A program made the position numbers and the translations under genes. A stretch of DNA of 64,000 nt from a virus: positions 1 to 64,000 of the IMG/VR virus record IMGVR_UViG_3300020470_000460. One strand, 5' to 3'. Each line of letters opens with the position of its first letter. The first letter of the stretch is position 1. Positions 1 to 10,557 of the stretch are shown here, piece by piece. The notes below the pieces were generated by a model that was given only the letters and a program-made list of their open reading frames with translations, did not search any database and was not told the origin of the DNA.

Positions 1-1712
1 ATATCTGTTATTTCACCGTTAAAGATGGTTGCTTCTGCTAAAGCACCAGTACCACCTATTGGCTCTCCATATCCGTCTTTTCTGTCATCTACGATATAAA
101 CTGAAGGTGCATCGGTATAACCCATGCCACCAGTCAACATTTCAATATTTGTAACTGATCCAGATGCTACAGTAACGTCTAATATCTGAGCACCGATAGG
201 GTTAACGATTTTGACTCTAGGAGGTGCCGTATACCCTCTACCACGGTTGGTAATCTGGATTTCGTATACTTGACCATCCTGGTTGATTTTTGATATTGCT
301 TGAGCATTAATTCCACCAATAGGAGCAGGATCAATGTAAACTACAGGTGCATTACTATAACCACTACCCATTGTATCAACGGTAATGGTTCCTATGTTAA
401 TTCTACCTTCACCATCAATAGTAGGAGGTGAGATGGTTGCTCCACCTGGATTCTTGAATGATATAGCAGGAATGAAGTCATATCCACTTCCACTATCAGT
501 AATAGTCAATGTATCGACCATTCCAGTCGTATCATTAACTGTAAGACTTAGTTTAGCAGGTGTGCCGTTAGGATTAGAAGGTGCAGCAACAATAGGGATC
601 GGTGGGTTATAAGAAGTGTAACCTTGACCACCATCGATCAAATTGATGTCTTTAATACCACCAATTAGAGATCTGGCAGTAGCATTCTTACCAGTCTTAC
701 TTGTAATTGCAACTTTAGGTGCAAAATCAAGTCTATACTTATTTCCACCAGTTTTGGGGATTAAAGCGGTAATTGTGCCATCATCAGCAACCTTAGCAAT
801 TGCTGAGGCTCCTGAACCATAAGAAGGAGGAGTATATTCAACAGAACGAATATGAATGGCATCAGCAGCTCCAATTTCATTTTTGAAGACCACTTTATCT
901 TCAAAAACGGTAAAATCGGTATATGGTTCTTGTAAACGTCCATTTTTGTTAATTACAAGTCCAATTTCAGAAGTTGGAGTGTAAGATTGGTCATTAATCC
1001 TTAATGGATAGAATTTGGTGTTTTGCCACTCTTGATAAGGGATTGCATCGCAAGTTTTGATCGGTTGATCCGAATATCCGACCAAATAAGTGACAGAAGT
1101 GAATTCTGAGTCATCAGACCCGATTTGGTCTCTTGGAGGGTCTTGGAAACGCAAATTAAACCCTTCAACGTAGTAATCTACGTTTGGCACCATCATTGTG
1201 TTGTAAGCAGTCACAATCAAGTGCTCTGCTGAAGGAGGAGCGACTGGAGTGCCTAAAAATGATAATGCAAAGACATTTTGGACTCCATCGAACAGCATGA
1301 ATGGATTTTCAAGCTGTTGCTTCTTCTTATTAAACTGTGGATAGGAAATACCTGGAGTAATGATAACATCAGGACCACGAGTTACCGATTCGTAGTAAAT
1401 TACCTCATTATCGATCATTATGGAGCCATCTTGCTCCTGGAATCCATCTATTCCTTCAATTTCTATCTTTTCATCGTACAGACCAATATCCTTAAGCAAA
1501 CTAGTTGCAGAGTCAAGTTGCTCGGAGGTATAACTGTCAAGATCAAGATATCTCAGTAAATTATTGAGTATATCGTAAGGTCTACCTGTTTTCTCTTGAG
1601 ATTTATAGTATTCAAACAAGAAGTTGACTAATTGTCTATCTTCGTGACGAATAAACTCAGGTAACTGATTTTCGACCCTATCAGAGACGTTGATATTCTT
1701 AGTAATCGGCAT
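1..1712 (-). CDS. gp7: baseplate wedge initiator (gp7-like), partial, runs off the window start
   Basis: Manually translated MPITKNINVSDRVENQLPEFIRHEDRQLVNFLFEYYKSQE..., followed by repeated 'GxGY...P' virion repeats; lies directly after gp6. Confidence 0.8.
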   Translation of the reverse strand, partial: MPITKNINVSDRVENQLPEFIRHEDRQLVNFLFEYYKSQEKTGRPYDILNNLLRYLDLDSYTSEQLDSATSLLKDIGLYDEKIEIEGIDGFQEQDGSIMIDNEVIYYESVTRGPDVIITPGISYPQFNKKKQQLENPFMLFDGVQNVFALSFLGTPVAPPSAEHLIVTAYNTMMVPNVDYYVEGFNLRFQDPPRDQIGSDDSEFTSVTYLVGYSDQPIKTCDAIPYQEWQNTKFYPLRINDQSYTPTSEIGLVINKNGRLQEPYTDFTVFEDKVVFKNEIGAADAIHIRSVEYTPPSYGSGASAIAKVADDGTITALIPKTGGNKYRLDFAPKVAITSKTGKNATARSLIGGIKDINLIDGGQGYTSYNPPIPIVAAPSNPNGTPAKLSLTVNDTTGMVDTLTITDSGSGYDFIPAISFKNPGGATISPPTIDGEGRINIGTITVDTMGSGYSNAPVVYIDPAPIGGINAQAISKINQDGQVYEIQITNRGRGYTAPPRVKIVNPIGAQILDVTVASGSVTNIEMLTGGMGYTDAPSVYIVDDRKDGYGEPIGGTGALAEATIFNGEITD

Positions 1713-1717
1713 CTATC

Positions 1718-3814
1718 TTAGAAACAGGATTCGCTGACTGGATAATCGAAACTATCCGTTGGATAATCGATAATATTTATCCCAGTTGTATCACCGTAAT
1801 TATAACCATTAAAGTTATTAGGATCGAAGGTTGGGATTGACACATCGTTGATTGTGTAGTCAATTGGATTGACTTGGGGGTTGAATATTGTAGGATCTAC
1901 TCCTGGTGGGACTGTAACTGATCCACCAGCAGGTAATACCTGAATTGGTAGTCTCTCAGTGCCATCTGGGGTGCCCTGAATCGCTACAGGACCAACACAG
2001 ACTTGACCACTAGCATAATTAACGCTGCCTACTGAAGGATTGAGGGTTAACTCAGTCTCATCCCTCACAGTAACGAGAATTAGGTTTCCACGACCATCAT
2101 CTCTTATATTGACAGGTACCAAAACCTGATTATCAGCAGTAGTGCTAATTCCAGGGGTTGCAACCTGTGCTGAAGTCGAACCATCACTTAAAGTAAGATT
2201 TACAAGATCTTCTGTGTAACCAGTGGCATAAAATGTGCCAGATTTGACTACAGAGAAGGAAGGCTTACATTTTCCACCAGTTCCATCAGTATCATCGTCT
2301 GGAGTGCCAGAATAACCAGATGGATCGTAAAGTGGGTTACCAAAATCTAAACATTGGGTGAAAACTTGCCCAAAAGCAAATTGATCGATATTTTGACCCA
2401 AAGTCATCTGGGTTACATTACCAGAAATCGAAGGATCGGCATTATCTACCATTGCACCGAATTTAGATCCGTCTAAACGGTTTCCAAACCTATTTGTTTG
2501 ACCATTTTTGTTAAATGCGTCAATTCCTTGTAAAATCTTAGTTCCAAGTTGTGCTCCAGTCAAACTGGTGTCATTTCCGTTGTAATAAACGTAAGATTTA
2601 GGAATAACGTAGAAAATAGTTGGGTCAATGATGACTGGCTCGATAGAAGCAATAGAATACTTCAATAAATCCTTCTTAATCTTCTGTTTTGTTGTTGCAT
2701 TTAGCTTATTTCCCGTTTTTGGTCTAATTGCAACGTAAACTTTTCCATAAATCGGTGGATTTAGCTTCTCTCCACCAAATGCAGTCACTGATGCTGCTTG
2801 AGGATAGATTTCAGAGACAATATGCTCAAAATCGTTCTCTGTAACTGCCCTATTTTGGGTTGCATACGCTCTAGGTGCTCTAAACTTGACTGAAAGTGAT
2901 GTTTCACGATTTTCACCGTCTTGAGCAGCGTCTTTAGTAGTCAAACTAATGGAATTTGGACTTACAACACGTAAATCACTGTCTTGGACAGTGCCAATGA
3001 AGTTAAATCCCTTTGCACCGTTAGCTTCAACCCCATCTGTAGACACATATGAGATTCTAATGTACTCACCATCGATTAATTTACGTCCAATTGATCCATC
3101 TCCGAAAACAAGACGGTATCTCATGTCATCAGTCTCTTCCAAATAGTAAATTCTGGAAGTTCCATCAGCATTTGTAACATTTGCAGCAGGACTATAGGTA
3201 TCTGTCTCTGAAGATTGCTCAGTTGGAGATATATCTACAGTCAAAAGTCCTGTATCTACATTTTCATCAGGAATAATGTAGTCCTGACGTGTTGTATAGT
3301 CAACTGTGTAGTTATAAGTGAGTAAATTGCCTTGATATACTAAAACATTATCAAAAGTTGCTAATCCTGTGCCACTATCTACAGGCACTTGGATGTCTTG
3401 AGTCAATGCAAAGGTATAAGAGTCGAAATCATTGTCTGCAACAAAGACATCACCCTTCTTTAAGGTGCAAAACTCTGGAAAACTAGTACCATCTAGACCA
3501 ATACTAGTCTGTGCAAGGAGTTTAATACATGCTCTAGGTGCTTTTATTGATCTTGGAGTGTAATTTAACTGCTTTGCGATCCTTACAATGTTATCTCTGA
3601 CCGTTGCAGTCTCTAGAAATGCTTCGTTTAACGCCATGTTAGCGTTAAATGCTGTGTAATATGTGTTATATGCTAGAATATCGATCAAATATGATGCAGA
3701 ACTACCCTCAAAATCGTAATCAGTAAACTCTTTTCGAGTTCTGAGGTACGATCTGATCGATTCTTTGATCTCAAAGAAGTCTAACGACGTTAACTGTGAT
3801 GGAATGGCTGCCAT
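1718..3814 (-). CDS. gp6: baseplate wedge subunit gp6
   Basis: LDFFEIKESI..FTDYDFEGS..LAYNTYY N-terminus and QNRAVT..D motif typical of T4 gp6. Confidence 0.95.
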   Translation of the reverse strand: MAAIPSQLTSLDFFEIKESIRSYLRTRKEFTDYDFEGSSASYLIDILAYNTYYTAFNANMALNEAFLETATVRDNIVRIAKQLNYTPRSIKAPRACIKLLAQTSIGLDGTSFPEFCTLKKGDVFVADNDFDSYTFALTQDIQVPVDSGTGLATFDNVLVYQGNLLTYNYTVDYTTRQDYIIPDENVDTGLLTVDISPTEQSSETDTYSPAANVTNADGTSRIYYLEETDDMRYRLVFGDGSIGRKLIDGEYIRISYVSTDGVEANGAKGFNFIGTVQDSDLRVVSPNSISLTTKDAAQDGENRETSLSVKFRAPRAYATQNRAVTENDFEHIVSEIYPQAASVTAFGGEKLNPPIYGKVYVAIRPKTGNKLNATTKQKIKKDLLKYSIASIEPVIIDPTIFYVIPKSYVYYNGNDTSLTGAQLGTKILQGIDAFNKNGQTNRFGNRLDGSKFGAMVDNADPSISGNVTQMTLGQNIDQFAFGQVFTQCLDFGNPLYDPSGYSGTPDDDTDGTGGKCKPSFSVVKSGTFYATGYTEDLVNLTLSDGSTSAQVATPGISTTADNQVLVPVNIRDDGRGNLILVTVRDETELTLNPSVGSVNYASGQVCVGPVAIQGTPDGTERLPIQVLPAGGSVTVPPGVDPTIFNPQVNPIDYTINDVSIPTFDPNNFNGYNYGDTTGINIIDYPTDSFDYPVSESCF

Positions 3815-3815
3815 T

Positions 3816-4229
3816 TTATGCCTTTTCTAGGAGAAAATCGACATTTTGCACTTCTTGCTGACCAACAATAGTGTAATCTATCGAAATATGGACTGAATTT
3901 ATATCATTTTCATCTCTAAGACCGACTCCAGTGCATACAACACGTGGTTCTAGTCGTTTGATACAGTTAAATATCTCACTTTTTATGGTATCTACTGAAA
4001 ATGGATCCCATGGTTCAAATAAAAGTGCCTTAACCCTAGACCCAATACTGGGTTGAAAAGGTCTTTCTCCGAACATAGTTAAAATGAGGTTACGAACAGA
4101 CTGCTTTATAGCATTCTCATTCTTAACCACACCAAAATCGCCAGTATTAGGATTCGCTTTGAAAGAGACTGCTAAGTCTTTGAATCCTCTGCTGACGTAT
4201 TTTTCAGATCTGAACCTGTAGGAGGGCAT
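3816..4229 (-). CDS. gp25: baseplate wedge subunit gp25
   Basis: AIKQSVRNLILT..GERPFQP..GS; EPRV motif. Confidence 0.95.
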   Translation of the reverse strand: MPSYRFRSEKYVSRGFKDLAVSFKANPNTGDFGVVKNENAIKQSVRNLILTMFGERPFQPSIGSRVKALLFEPWDPFSVDTIKSEIFNCIKRLEPRVVCTGVGLRDENDINSVHISIDYTIVGQQEVQNVDFLLEKA

Positions 4230-4351
4230 ACTTCCTTACTTTTACTAAGATATTTATCACATCTTGGGTCAGTAATTAAGTATTTACAATATTCCCAACC
4301 GTTTTCCTTAAAGGAATCGGACATATCGACAGGTCTTTCTGGGTATCCCAT
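4172..4351 (-). CDS. small hypothetical protein (MGYPERPVDMS...LITDPRCD)
   Basis: Manual translation of about 59 aa, downstream of late promoter at 4373; overlaps the gp25 start. Confidence 0.45.
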   Translation of the reverse strand: MGYPERPVDMSDSFKENGWEYCKYLITDPRCDKYLSKSKEVCPPTGSDLKNTSAEDSKT

Positions 4352-4372
4352 TAATTCGACCCTATTATGTTT

Positions 4373-4380
4373 TATTTATA
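4373..4380 (-). promoter_or_regulatory. T4-type late promoter TATAAATA
   Basis: Exact gp55-dependent consensus in an intergenic position. Confidence 0.75.
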
Positions 4381-4391
4381 GGGTTTCCCGA

Positions 4392-4529
4392 CTATTTTCC
4401 TTGACCTCTATACCTTTTCTTTGCTCCATTACGTGAAGTAGCACTTATTTTTGTATTTTTTGACGATCCTTGCCTTGTTTTCTTCGCTGGAGGAGCGACA
4501 TAAGTGGTATTTCCAGAGTATAATGCCAT
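4392..4529 (-). CDS. small basic hypothetical protein (45 aa)
   Basis: MALYSGNTTYVAPPAKKTRQGSSKNTKISATSRNGAKKRYRGQGK; KTRQG..K.YRGQG type recurrent in cyanomyoviruses. Confidence 0.75.
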   Translation of the reverse strand: MALYSGNTTYVAPPAKKTRQGSSKNTKISATSRNGAKKRYRGQGK

Positions 4530-4546
4530 TTTTGGTTAGTTAACTA

Positions 4547-5080
4547 CTATGATGATAGCACAGTTGCATGCCCCCACGCAACTACAGATGAACAAGGGTA
4601 ACTAAATCCTGAAAATCCAACTCCTAGAGGGTCTAAGATACGTGCAATTGGTAATTTCAGAGCAAATACTGTTAAAGTTGTTGCCATAAGGATCCTAGTA
4701 TGTCCTACACCACCTCCATCTTCAATTGTAAGGGTGCTACAAGGGATTGGAGTAGGGGTTGGACACATCGCTTTACCACAAGGACACATGTATACAACAA
4801 TATTAGTACATACCGCTATATGTGGAGTGAAAGTATCCCCATGTAACATAATAGGAATACGATTTACCTGCACAGTTGCCCTATAAGGAGTAACAGGGAA
4901 TATAGGAATTAAAGGTTGAGGAGGCCACCAACAGGTATATTCCTTAATGACTATGCTGTAGGGGATTGGAGGGGTGCCACACGCTTGTACAGAGTGAATA
5001 GTGGATGGTATACACAATCCATGACCACTACAAGGTAGTCCATTTAGAGATGATACTGGTAATAGTGCACCAAATGCCAT
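4547..5080 (-). CDS. PAAR-like baseplate spike tip protein (gp5.4-like), Cys-rich
   Basis: CSGHG, TVQVN..P...GD...PH, TVF..K.P.AR..DP..C-type PAAR repeats. Confidence 0.7.
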   Translation of the reverse strand: MAFGALLPVSSLNGLPCSGHGLCIPSTIHSVQACGTPPIPYSIVIKEYTCWWPPQPLIPIFPVTPYRATVQVNRIPIMLHGDTFTPHIAVCTNIVVYMCPCGKAMCPTPTPIPCSTLTIEDGGGVGHTRILMATTLTVFALKLPIARILDPLGVGFSGFSYPCSSVVAWGHATVLSS

Positions 5081-8000
5081 TATAACCTCTTAGGAAAAAC
5101 TATATCATTAAGTGTCTCACCGTCAGTCCAAGAATTGTCCTCACTACACTCATCAAAGAATGGGTTACCATAATTCCTTAATCCTCTTCCTAATGCTATG
5201 ACTCCACCAGACAGATAGTTTCTAACTGCCATGATGCCATTATAAGCACCCATAAGCATTCTAGCGTTTGCACCAGATCCAGTCATACGTTGAGGATTAA
5301 TAGCAATAGAAGCATCCATACATTTATCTAGTGCTACACAGGCATCAAATAGTTCAGAAGTATTACAATACGTGCTTCCTGATTGACCATTACCATTAGC
5401 ATCATACCCACTATACACAGTAAGAGGTCCGTCTGATGCGTTAACTCCTCTAACGTAACTATCCCAACATTCATTAGGTGGTACACCACTATTACAACTT
5501 GCTACGGTTAATGCAGTATAATCTACAGAATGCGGAGTACCTGCTGGATCTCCTGCCGTAGGGTGTCCTAACCATGTCTGCACTGCTGCACTACTACTGA
5601 TATTATCACCAGCCCACATCTGCAATTGCTCTAACTCAGTATAGTTAGACCTGTTGTAATCATAAGTGTTTTCATCAAGACCCACAGGTACAAAGACCAT
5701 GTTACCAGGGTCTTGAGGGTCACGGTAACATCTGCCATCTATACTACTCCGCTTACATTTCCAAGTCTTCTCACCAGCATTAGTAGTTATAGGTCTCTTC
5801 TGCTGTAGGAAGGGGACTGGCATATCTCTAAGGAAATCCATGAATGCTGGTCCTTGACTACCACCAACATATCCTTCAATTTCCATTGATACTCTAAATG
5901 TTGCCTCCTTCTCTTTAGAAGCACAATACTTGTATGGTAACCATCCGAATGCTTTACGCTCTCCGTCTTCATTAGTATCCAAGTATGCACACGGCATATC
6001 AAACCACCGTGTAATATTATACAACCTAGGTTGTACCATACTAATACACTGATCCTGTCCGAAAGGACCATATAGATGGGACATGTTATTACCGAAGGTA
6101 TCTGCTTGATCTACAGCAGCTAGTGCGTATCCCATTGCACCATCTTGAAACTCCTGTACACCAGACTCATTTGCAGCAACATATTCAAACTGCTCTGCAT
6201 CTGGCATACCTGCTTTCATATTAGCAACACCATTAACCTCAACACATTCTGCTGGTAGATTAAAGCATAGTTTAGTTACATCATCATCTAAACCATCACC
6301 TGCTGCTCTTATGTAACTATCTGGCACTGTTACAGAAACCTGAGTAGCATTATTGGTAGGCATATCAGATGAATGACTCATAGACTCTTTAACCATCTCC
6401 CTAGTCATAGGATCCATATTTGAGGATAAAGGCTCCATAGAATAATCATCCATAGTTGCCTCATCTCTCACACCATACACTACATCCCTCTTCTCAAAGG
6501 TGTGATCCCATGCCTTATCCATACTCTCCGCAGCGGCTTCCATCTCCTTACCACCAGCTTGGAAGTTACCGTCCTTATCACGCACACCCTCATATTCAAT
6601 CTGCTCAGGATCAACTACATGCACCATGACATTATTTGCCTGACTATATCCTGCACCTGGGTCTACAACCCGCACTGCTCTAATGATACCCATCTCATCT
6701 AAGAGTGATATCTCAACCTCTGCTCTCTTCAGTCTGTATACATCCTTATTCTTATCTTCTGCATCAACCGATTCCGTAGAGGACTTCCACACTCTTGTAT
6801 GAGTATTCATATCCTGTGTTTGCAGAGAGGTATCTTCCTTATCAGGGTCTGCTATTGCTTTCTCTGCATCAGGATCCATTCCTAACTTATCTGCCATGAA
6901 ATCAGATGTATCATTAGGGGAGAAGTCATCTAATCCTTGCGGATCCATAACCTGTATGATTGGGTTTACGTACCCTCTACCACCATTAATAATAACAACT
7001 GATTTAATCTCTCCGTCATCTCCTACTATTGCTTCTAGTTTTGCCTCATCCATAGTACGCTTTGGAATGAGTGCTTTAGGATCTATCTCTACCTTCCAAT
7101 ATGATATCTTCTTAGGGAATTCATATGTCCCGCAGAATGCAGACTTATTAGGTATACCATATCCCGCTAGTATCTGTGCTCTACCCTGATCACCACCTGA
7201 AGTAAATTCCTCCTGATATGTAAACGGTGCGGGATCTACAGTCCTTTCAATATTCTTAACTCTAGTCTCTATAGTGTAATTACCTGCTGCAAGTGTCATG
7301 GGGAATATCTGTGTACCCATGCCACTAGCGTAAGTGATCTCCTGATCTATAAGGACATTGCTACTAGAGTCAGTGATCTTAAGGTATCCGTAGTTATCAG
7401 ACTCTACTGCTATAGAGTAGTCTCCGTTACTAGGTATAGTAACTGTCGCAGTGTGTATCTGCCATGTGCCTATATGAGGATCTACTGCGTCATCTGCGGG
7501 TTTAACTGGGTATATGCTGTAATCCTTCATCAACTGTGACCACGGCACTGCGGGATTATTAGGTGCACCTATGTGTACCCATGATCCTTTCTCCGCAAGT
7601 GATGTAGATATCTCCACAGCACCTACGGTAGTTAACCGCCAGGCTATGCAAGCAGGGTTGACATACCAATCATTATCTCTACTATTATCCCAAGTGAGCT
7701 CCATTATTCCGCACTTGAGCTCATCACCAAAATAATACACGGATACTATATCCCAACCATTAATCTTCTCACCTGGACCAAAATCACCAGTCCTTGTTAA
7801 GTAACGGAAGAAGATAATAGGAGTATCAGTATCTACAGTCCAGAATGATTCATTTACACCAGCACTACTAGCATCATGCAGTGATAGTTTAGTTTTAGTA
7901 GTATTCCATACATCAGAGTTGATCTCATAGTAATGACTATGATATGTCCATACAGGAGCACATTGTGGACATCCTTCAGCGTCAGTAGTATTAGGACAAC

Positions 8001-9216
8001 ACTTAGCGTTACTTAGAATATATTGTGAGGAGAAGATCGGACCATTCCAAGGATAAGTCGTATCATATAGGTAAAATACAAACTGAGAGTCATACATATC
8101 CTCGAATCCAAGGAAACGTGGTACAGCACCCTTTACGGCACCACTCAGACCGTATGACCACTCGAATAGTGCTTCGTTATCTAATATATCTACGTTATCA
8201 GGCCATCCCCAACCATTAACATTAGGTGGACCTTCAACATTATTACCATTTGAGTCACGCATCTGTCGATACATGAATTCAGACCATCCACCTGTTCCCC
8301 ATCCAGACTCTCCATAGGAGTATTGGTCGTCATCTGTGTAATCATACCACCCAGACTTGTTAATACTCTGTCCAGTAGGTCCAATCTTACCAATATCAAG
8401 GATGAGATCGGTTGGACTGTCTAAAGCACGTGTCTTAAAACCCCATCCTAGGATTCCTAGGTAAGAATATTCCCCTTTTAGTCTCTCTTTAGGAGGTATA
8501 GGACTATTGTCAGCGAGGTTTACCTCACTAGCAGGGTCTATAGTATAAAAATGGTCTGGGTCGGGGTGCAAATACTCATAGATGGGTGCTGGTACCTCAC
8601 CAGGAGAGCAATATGCCTGTGCATCTGCCTCTGAAGTGAAAACATATCCTAGAGTATCTACTTCTTTATATAAATTTCTTCCACATCCTACTCCATTTAA
8701 CCCAGTAGGGACATTTGTACCAACACATAACTGTGTATCATCGGGCCAATGGGAATAAAATGCCTTTAATGGCACAGAATTAGTAACCTGTCCTATCATA
8801 ATATAGAACACAGGTTTACCACTCCTAGGTTCAGGATTATACCCAGAAGCAGCACGTTGCCAACTTTCATTCTCGCAACCGAAGTCACGTCTCATTAACT
8901 GAGGATCACGACTATACTTGTGGTCGTCTTTGGATCCCCTATAAAATCTGAATATACCTACTCTTTCGTTTCCAGCAGCATTTACATTAGTAGGCTCTTC
9001 ATCACCAATGTAATGCACTACATCTTTACCCATAGGTAATGAACCAGGACCACCATCTTCAAAGGTGATACTGTACGCCATACCAGTACCTACACCAGGA
9101 TAGTCTCCTGATGTCCTGTAGTTACCAGATGAAGGTCTTTTAAAATCCTGATTGAAACCGCCACCCTTAATAGGATTAGGAAAGCTCCTACCAGTTTCCT
9201 GAATATAGGCTGGCAT
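5080..9216 (-). CDS. large virion structural protein (1378 aa) with HFYT-type repeats and a possible PA14-like segment
   Basis: ORF track; repeats such as PIYEY..DHFYTID; YSIAVESDNYG; GGRGY/PGAGY virion repeats. Confidence 0.65.
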   Translation of the reverse strand: MPAYIQETGRSFPNPIKGGGFNQDFKRPSSGNYRTSGDYPGVGTGMAYSITFEDGGPGSLPMGKDVVHYIGDEEPTNVNAAGNERVGIFRFYRGSKDDHKYSRDPQLMRRDFGCENESWQRAASGYNPEPRSGKPVFYIMIGQVTNSVPLKAFYSHWPDDTQLCVGTNVPTGLNGVGCGRNLYKEVDTLGYVFTSEADAQAYCSPGEVPAPIYEYLHPDPDHFYTIDPASEVNLADNSPIPPKERLKGEYSYLGILGWGFKTRALDSPTDLILDIGKIGPTGQSINKSGWYDYTDDDQYSYGESGWGTGGWSEFMYRQMRDSNGNNVEGPPNVNGWGWPDNVDILDNEALFEWSYGLSGAVKGAVPRFLGFEDMYDSQFVFYLYDTTYPWNGPIFSSQYILSNAKCCPNTTDAEGCPQCAPVWTYHSHYYEINSDVWNTTKTKLSLHDASSAGVNESFWTVDTDTPIIFFRYLTRTGDFGPGEKINGWDIVSVYYFGDELKCGIMELTWDNSRDNDWYVNPACIAWRLTTVGAVEISTSLAEKGSWVHIGAPNNPAVPWSQLMKDYSIYPVKPADDAVDPHIGTWQIHTATVTIPSNGDYSIAVESDNYGYLKITDSSSNVLIDQEITYASGMGTQIFPMTLAAGNYTIETRVKNIERTVDPAPFTYQEEFTSGGDQGRAQILAGYGIPNKSAFCGTYEFPKKISYWKVEIDPKALIPKRTMDEAKLEAIVGDDGEIKSVVIINGGRGYVNPIIQVMDPQGLDDFSPNDTSDFMADKLGMDPDAEKAIADPDKEDTSLQTQDMNTHTRVWKSSTESVDAEDKNKDVYRLKRAEVEISLLDEMGIIRAVRVVDPGAGYSQANNVMVHVVDPEQIEYEGVRDKDGNFQAGGKEMEAAAESMDKAWDHTFEKRDVVYGVRDEATMDDYSMEPLSSNMDPMTREMVKESMSHSSDMPTNNATQVSVTVPDSYIRAAGDGLDDDVTKLCFNLPAECVEVNGVANMKAGMPDAEQFEYVAANESGVQEFQDGAMGYALAAVDQADTFGNNMSHLYGPFGQDQCISMVQPRLYNITRWFDMPCAYLDTNEDGERKAFGWLPYKYCASKEKEATFRVSMEIEGYVGGSQGPAFMDFLRDMPVPFLQQKRPITTNAGEKTWKCKRSSIDGRCYRDPQDPGNMVFVPVGLDENTYDYNRSNYTELEQLQMWAGDNISSSAAVQTWLGHPTAGDPAGTPHSVDYTALTVASCNSGVPPNECWDSYVRGVNASDGPLTVYSGYDANGNGQSGSTYCNTSELFDACVALDKCMDASIAINPQRMTGSGANARMLMGAYNGIMAVRNYLSGGVIALGRGLRNYGNPFFDECSEDNSWTDGETLNDIVFPKRL

Positions 9217-9485
9217 TACTCACTAAGTTTTTCTTCTATCTTATTTAGTCTGTTTTCCACATGATTCATCTGAGCAAACACCGTATCGAGTAACTCTTTA
9301 AGATTTAGATACGTCGGACTACCAGGAGGTTTATACTTGATCATATCAGCACCTGGGGGAGGGATTTTTTGTAATCCCCCTTCTACCTGCTCTAATCTTT
9401 TGGTTAGGTTAGTGATCGCTTCGCTAATTTTTTGAAATGTCCAAGCAAAGAATTCTTCGTCAGAGTTAAACTGAGGTGTCTCCAT
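9216..9485 (-). CDS. hypothetical coiled-coil protein
   Basis: ORF coupled to the downstream gene; KYKPP motif flanked by heptads. Confidence 0.7.
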   Translation of the reverse strand: METPQFNSDEEFFAWTFQKISEAITNLTKRLEQVEGGLQKIPPPGADMIKYKPPGSPTYLNLKELLDTVFAQMNHVENRLNKIEEKLSE

Positions 9486-9577
9486 AATATGAATTCGCCA
9501 TTTTTTTAGACGCTAATTTTTTATAAGGTTAATGATATTACATATAACCAGTATGGTTAGCATTATTTGATTATATC

Positions 9578-9775
9578 TCATTCGTCTACTTTATGCAATA
9601 TGACAGACCCATCAGTCTCTTCTTCGTATTCTAACACAGTCCCTATATCCCATCCACATTCTCGCATAACATCATCAGGAATGTGTATATAATTTTCACC
9701 GAAGTCATCTTCTTCGATTCTGAGAGTAAACCGTTTCATATCATACTTAACTTGTATATCTGCTTTATGTAGCAT
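9578..9775 (-). CDS. AbrB/MazE/SpoVT-like DNA-binding domain protein
   Basis: YIHIPDDVMRECGWDIGTVLEY....GSVILHK swapped-hairpin pattern. Confidence 0.7.
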   Translation of the reverse strand: MLHKADIQVKYDMKRFTLRIEEDDFGENYIHIPDDVMRECGWDIGTVLEYEEETDGSVILHKVDE

Positions 9776-10244
9776 TTTCTCTCACTATACCTACACAGCA
9801 TTTGCGATAGTGCTCATCTAGTCTCACAATACAACTGTCAGTTTGCCACAACTGATGAATCATCCATCCGTCCCCTAAGTAAACTCCACCGTGATTGGGT
9901 GCCCTTCCCGCCTTCTCGGAGTAGGCACCACCCAGTGCCTCGGTGTATATCTTAAACAATAGGAGATCATGTTTTTGTAATATAGACATATCCCAATCCT
10001 CTCCCCATTCTGGTCTGCTTATCCAGAGACCATTCTCCTCTGCCACTGCTTCATCCTTAAAGGATGTATACAGTCCTGAGAAGTCCTTCAGATCCCTTCC
10101 AAGGCGTGTCTGAGCATACTTCTGTATAATTCCATAACAACCTGGATATCTCCTACCAACCCAAGGGAGACCTATGAGGTCTTTGTATTCCTCTTCTAAT
10201 TTTTCTTGGGCGATCTCCAAGGGATTTTGATTAAACTCTGACAC
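9765..10244 (-). CDS. NlpC/P60 (C40) family peptidase
   Basis: GLPW.G...GCYG catalytic Cys; D.LLF...NHGGVYLGDGWMIH; probable GTG start at 10244. Confidence 0.8.
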   Translation of the reverse strand: MSEFNQNPLEIAQEKLEEEYKDLIGLPWVGRRYPGCYGIIQKYAQTRLGRDLKDFSGLYTSFKDEAVAEENGLWISRPEWGEDWDMSILQKHDLLLFKIYTEALGGAYSEKAGRAPNHGGVYLGDGWMIHQLWQTDSCIVRLDEHYRKCCVGIVRENAT

Positions 10245-10390
10245 GAAAAAATATACTGGGAAAATTTTTATATGGAAAAAATATTTTGATATCGATCCTA
10301 TACTTTTGTAGGTTAACAATATCGAAAAACTTAATAACTGTCTTAAGTGTTATTAATTACTGCATATTTACATATGCTCATATACACATA

Positions 10391-10557
10391 GTGCCTATAC
10401 GGTTGTTGTTAATAATGCCTGGTGCGATTACATGCTATTTGTGTTAATTAGTCCCCACACAGTTGTTGTTAATTAGTGGGTATACGGTTTGTGTTAATTA
10501 GTGGGGGTAATATGCACCCCCTTATGTGTTAACAACTGTGTGTGCCTATGTGTTAAG
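10391..10557. repeat. array of six degenerate direct repeats with core (T/G)TGTTAA(TTAGT)
   Basis: GTTAA cores at 10408, 10443, 10468, 10493, 10528, 10552 in non-coding DNA. Confidence 0.75.
10503..10521. terminator. hairpin GGGGG-N9-CCCCC, possible terminator
   Basis: Inverted repeat downstream of the early gene cluster; U-tract weak. Confidence 0.35.

Noticed and set aside
9253-9261. Isolated TTTTCCACA
   Set aside because: Single copy within coding sequence; compatible with chance
10391-10557. CRISPR array
   Set aside because: Repeats are about 12 bp and degenerate, spacers are short, and no cas genes are present
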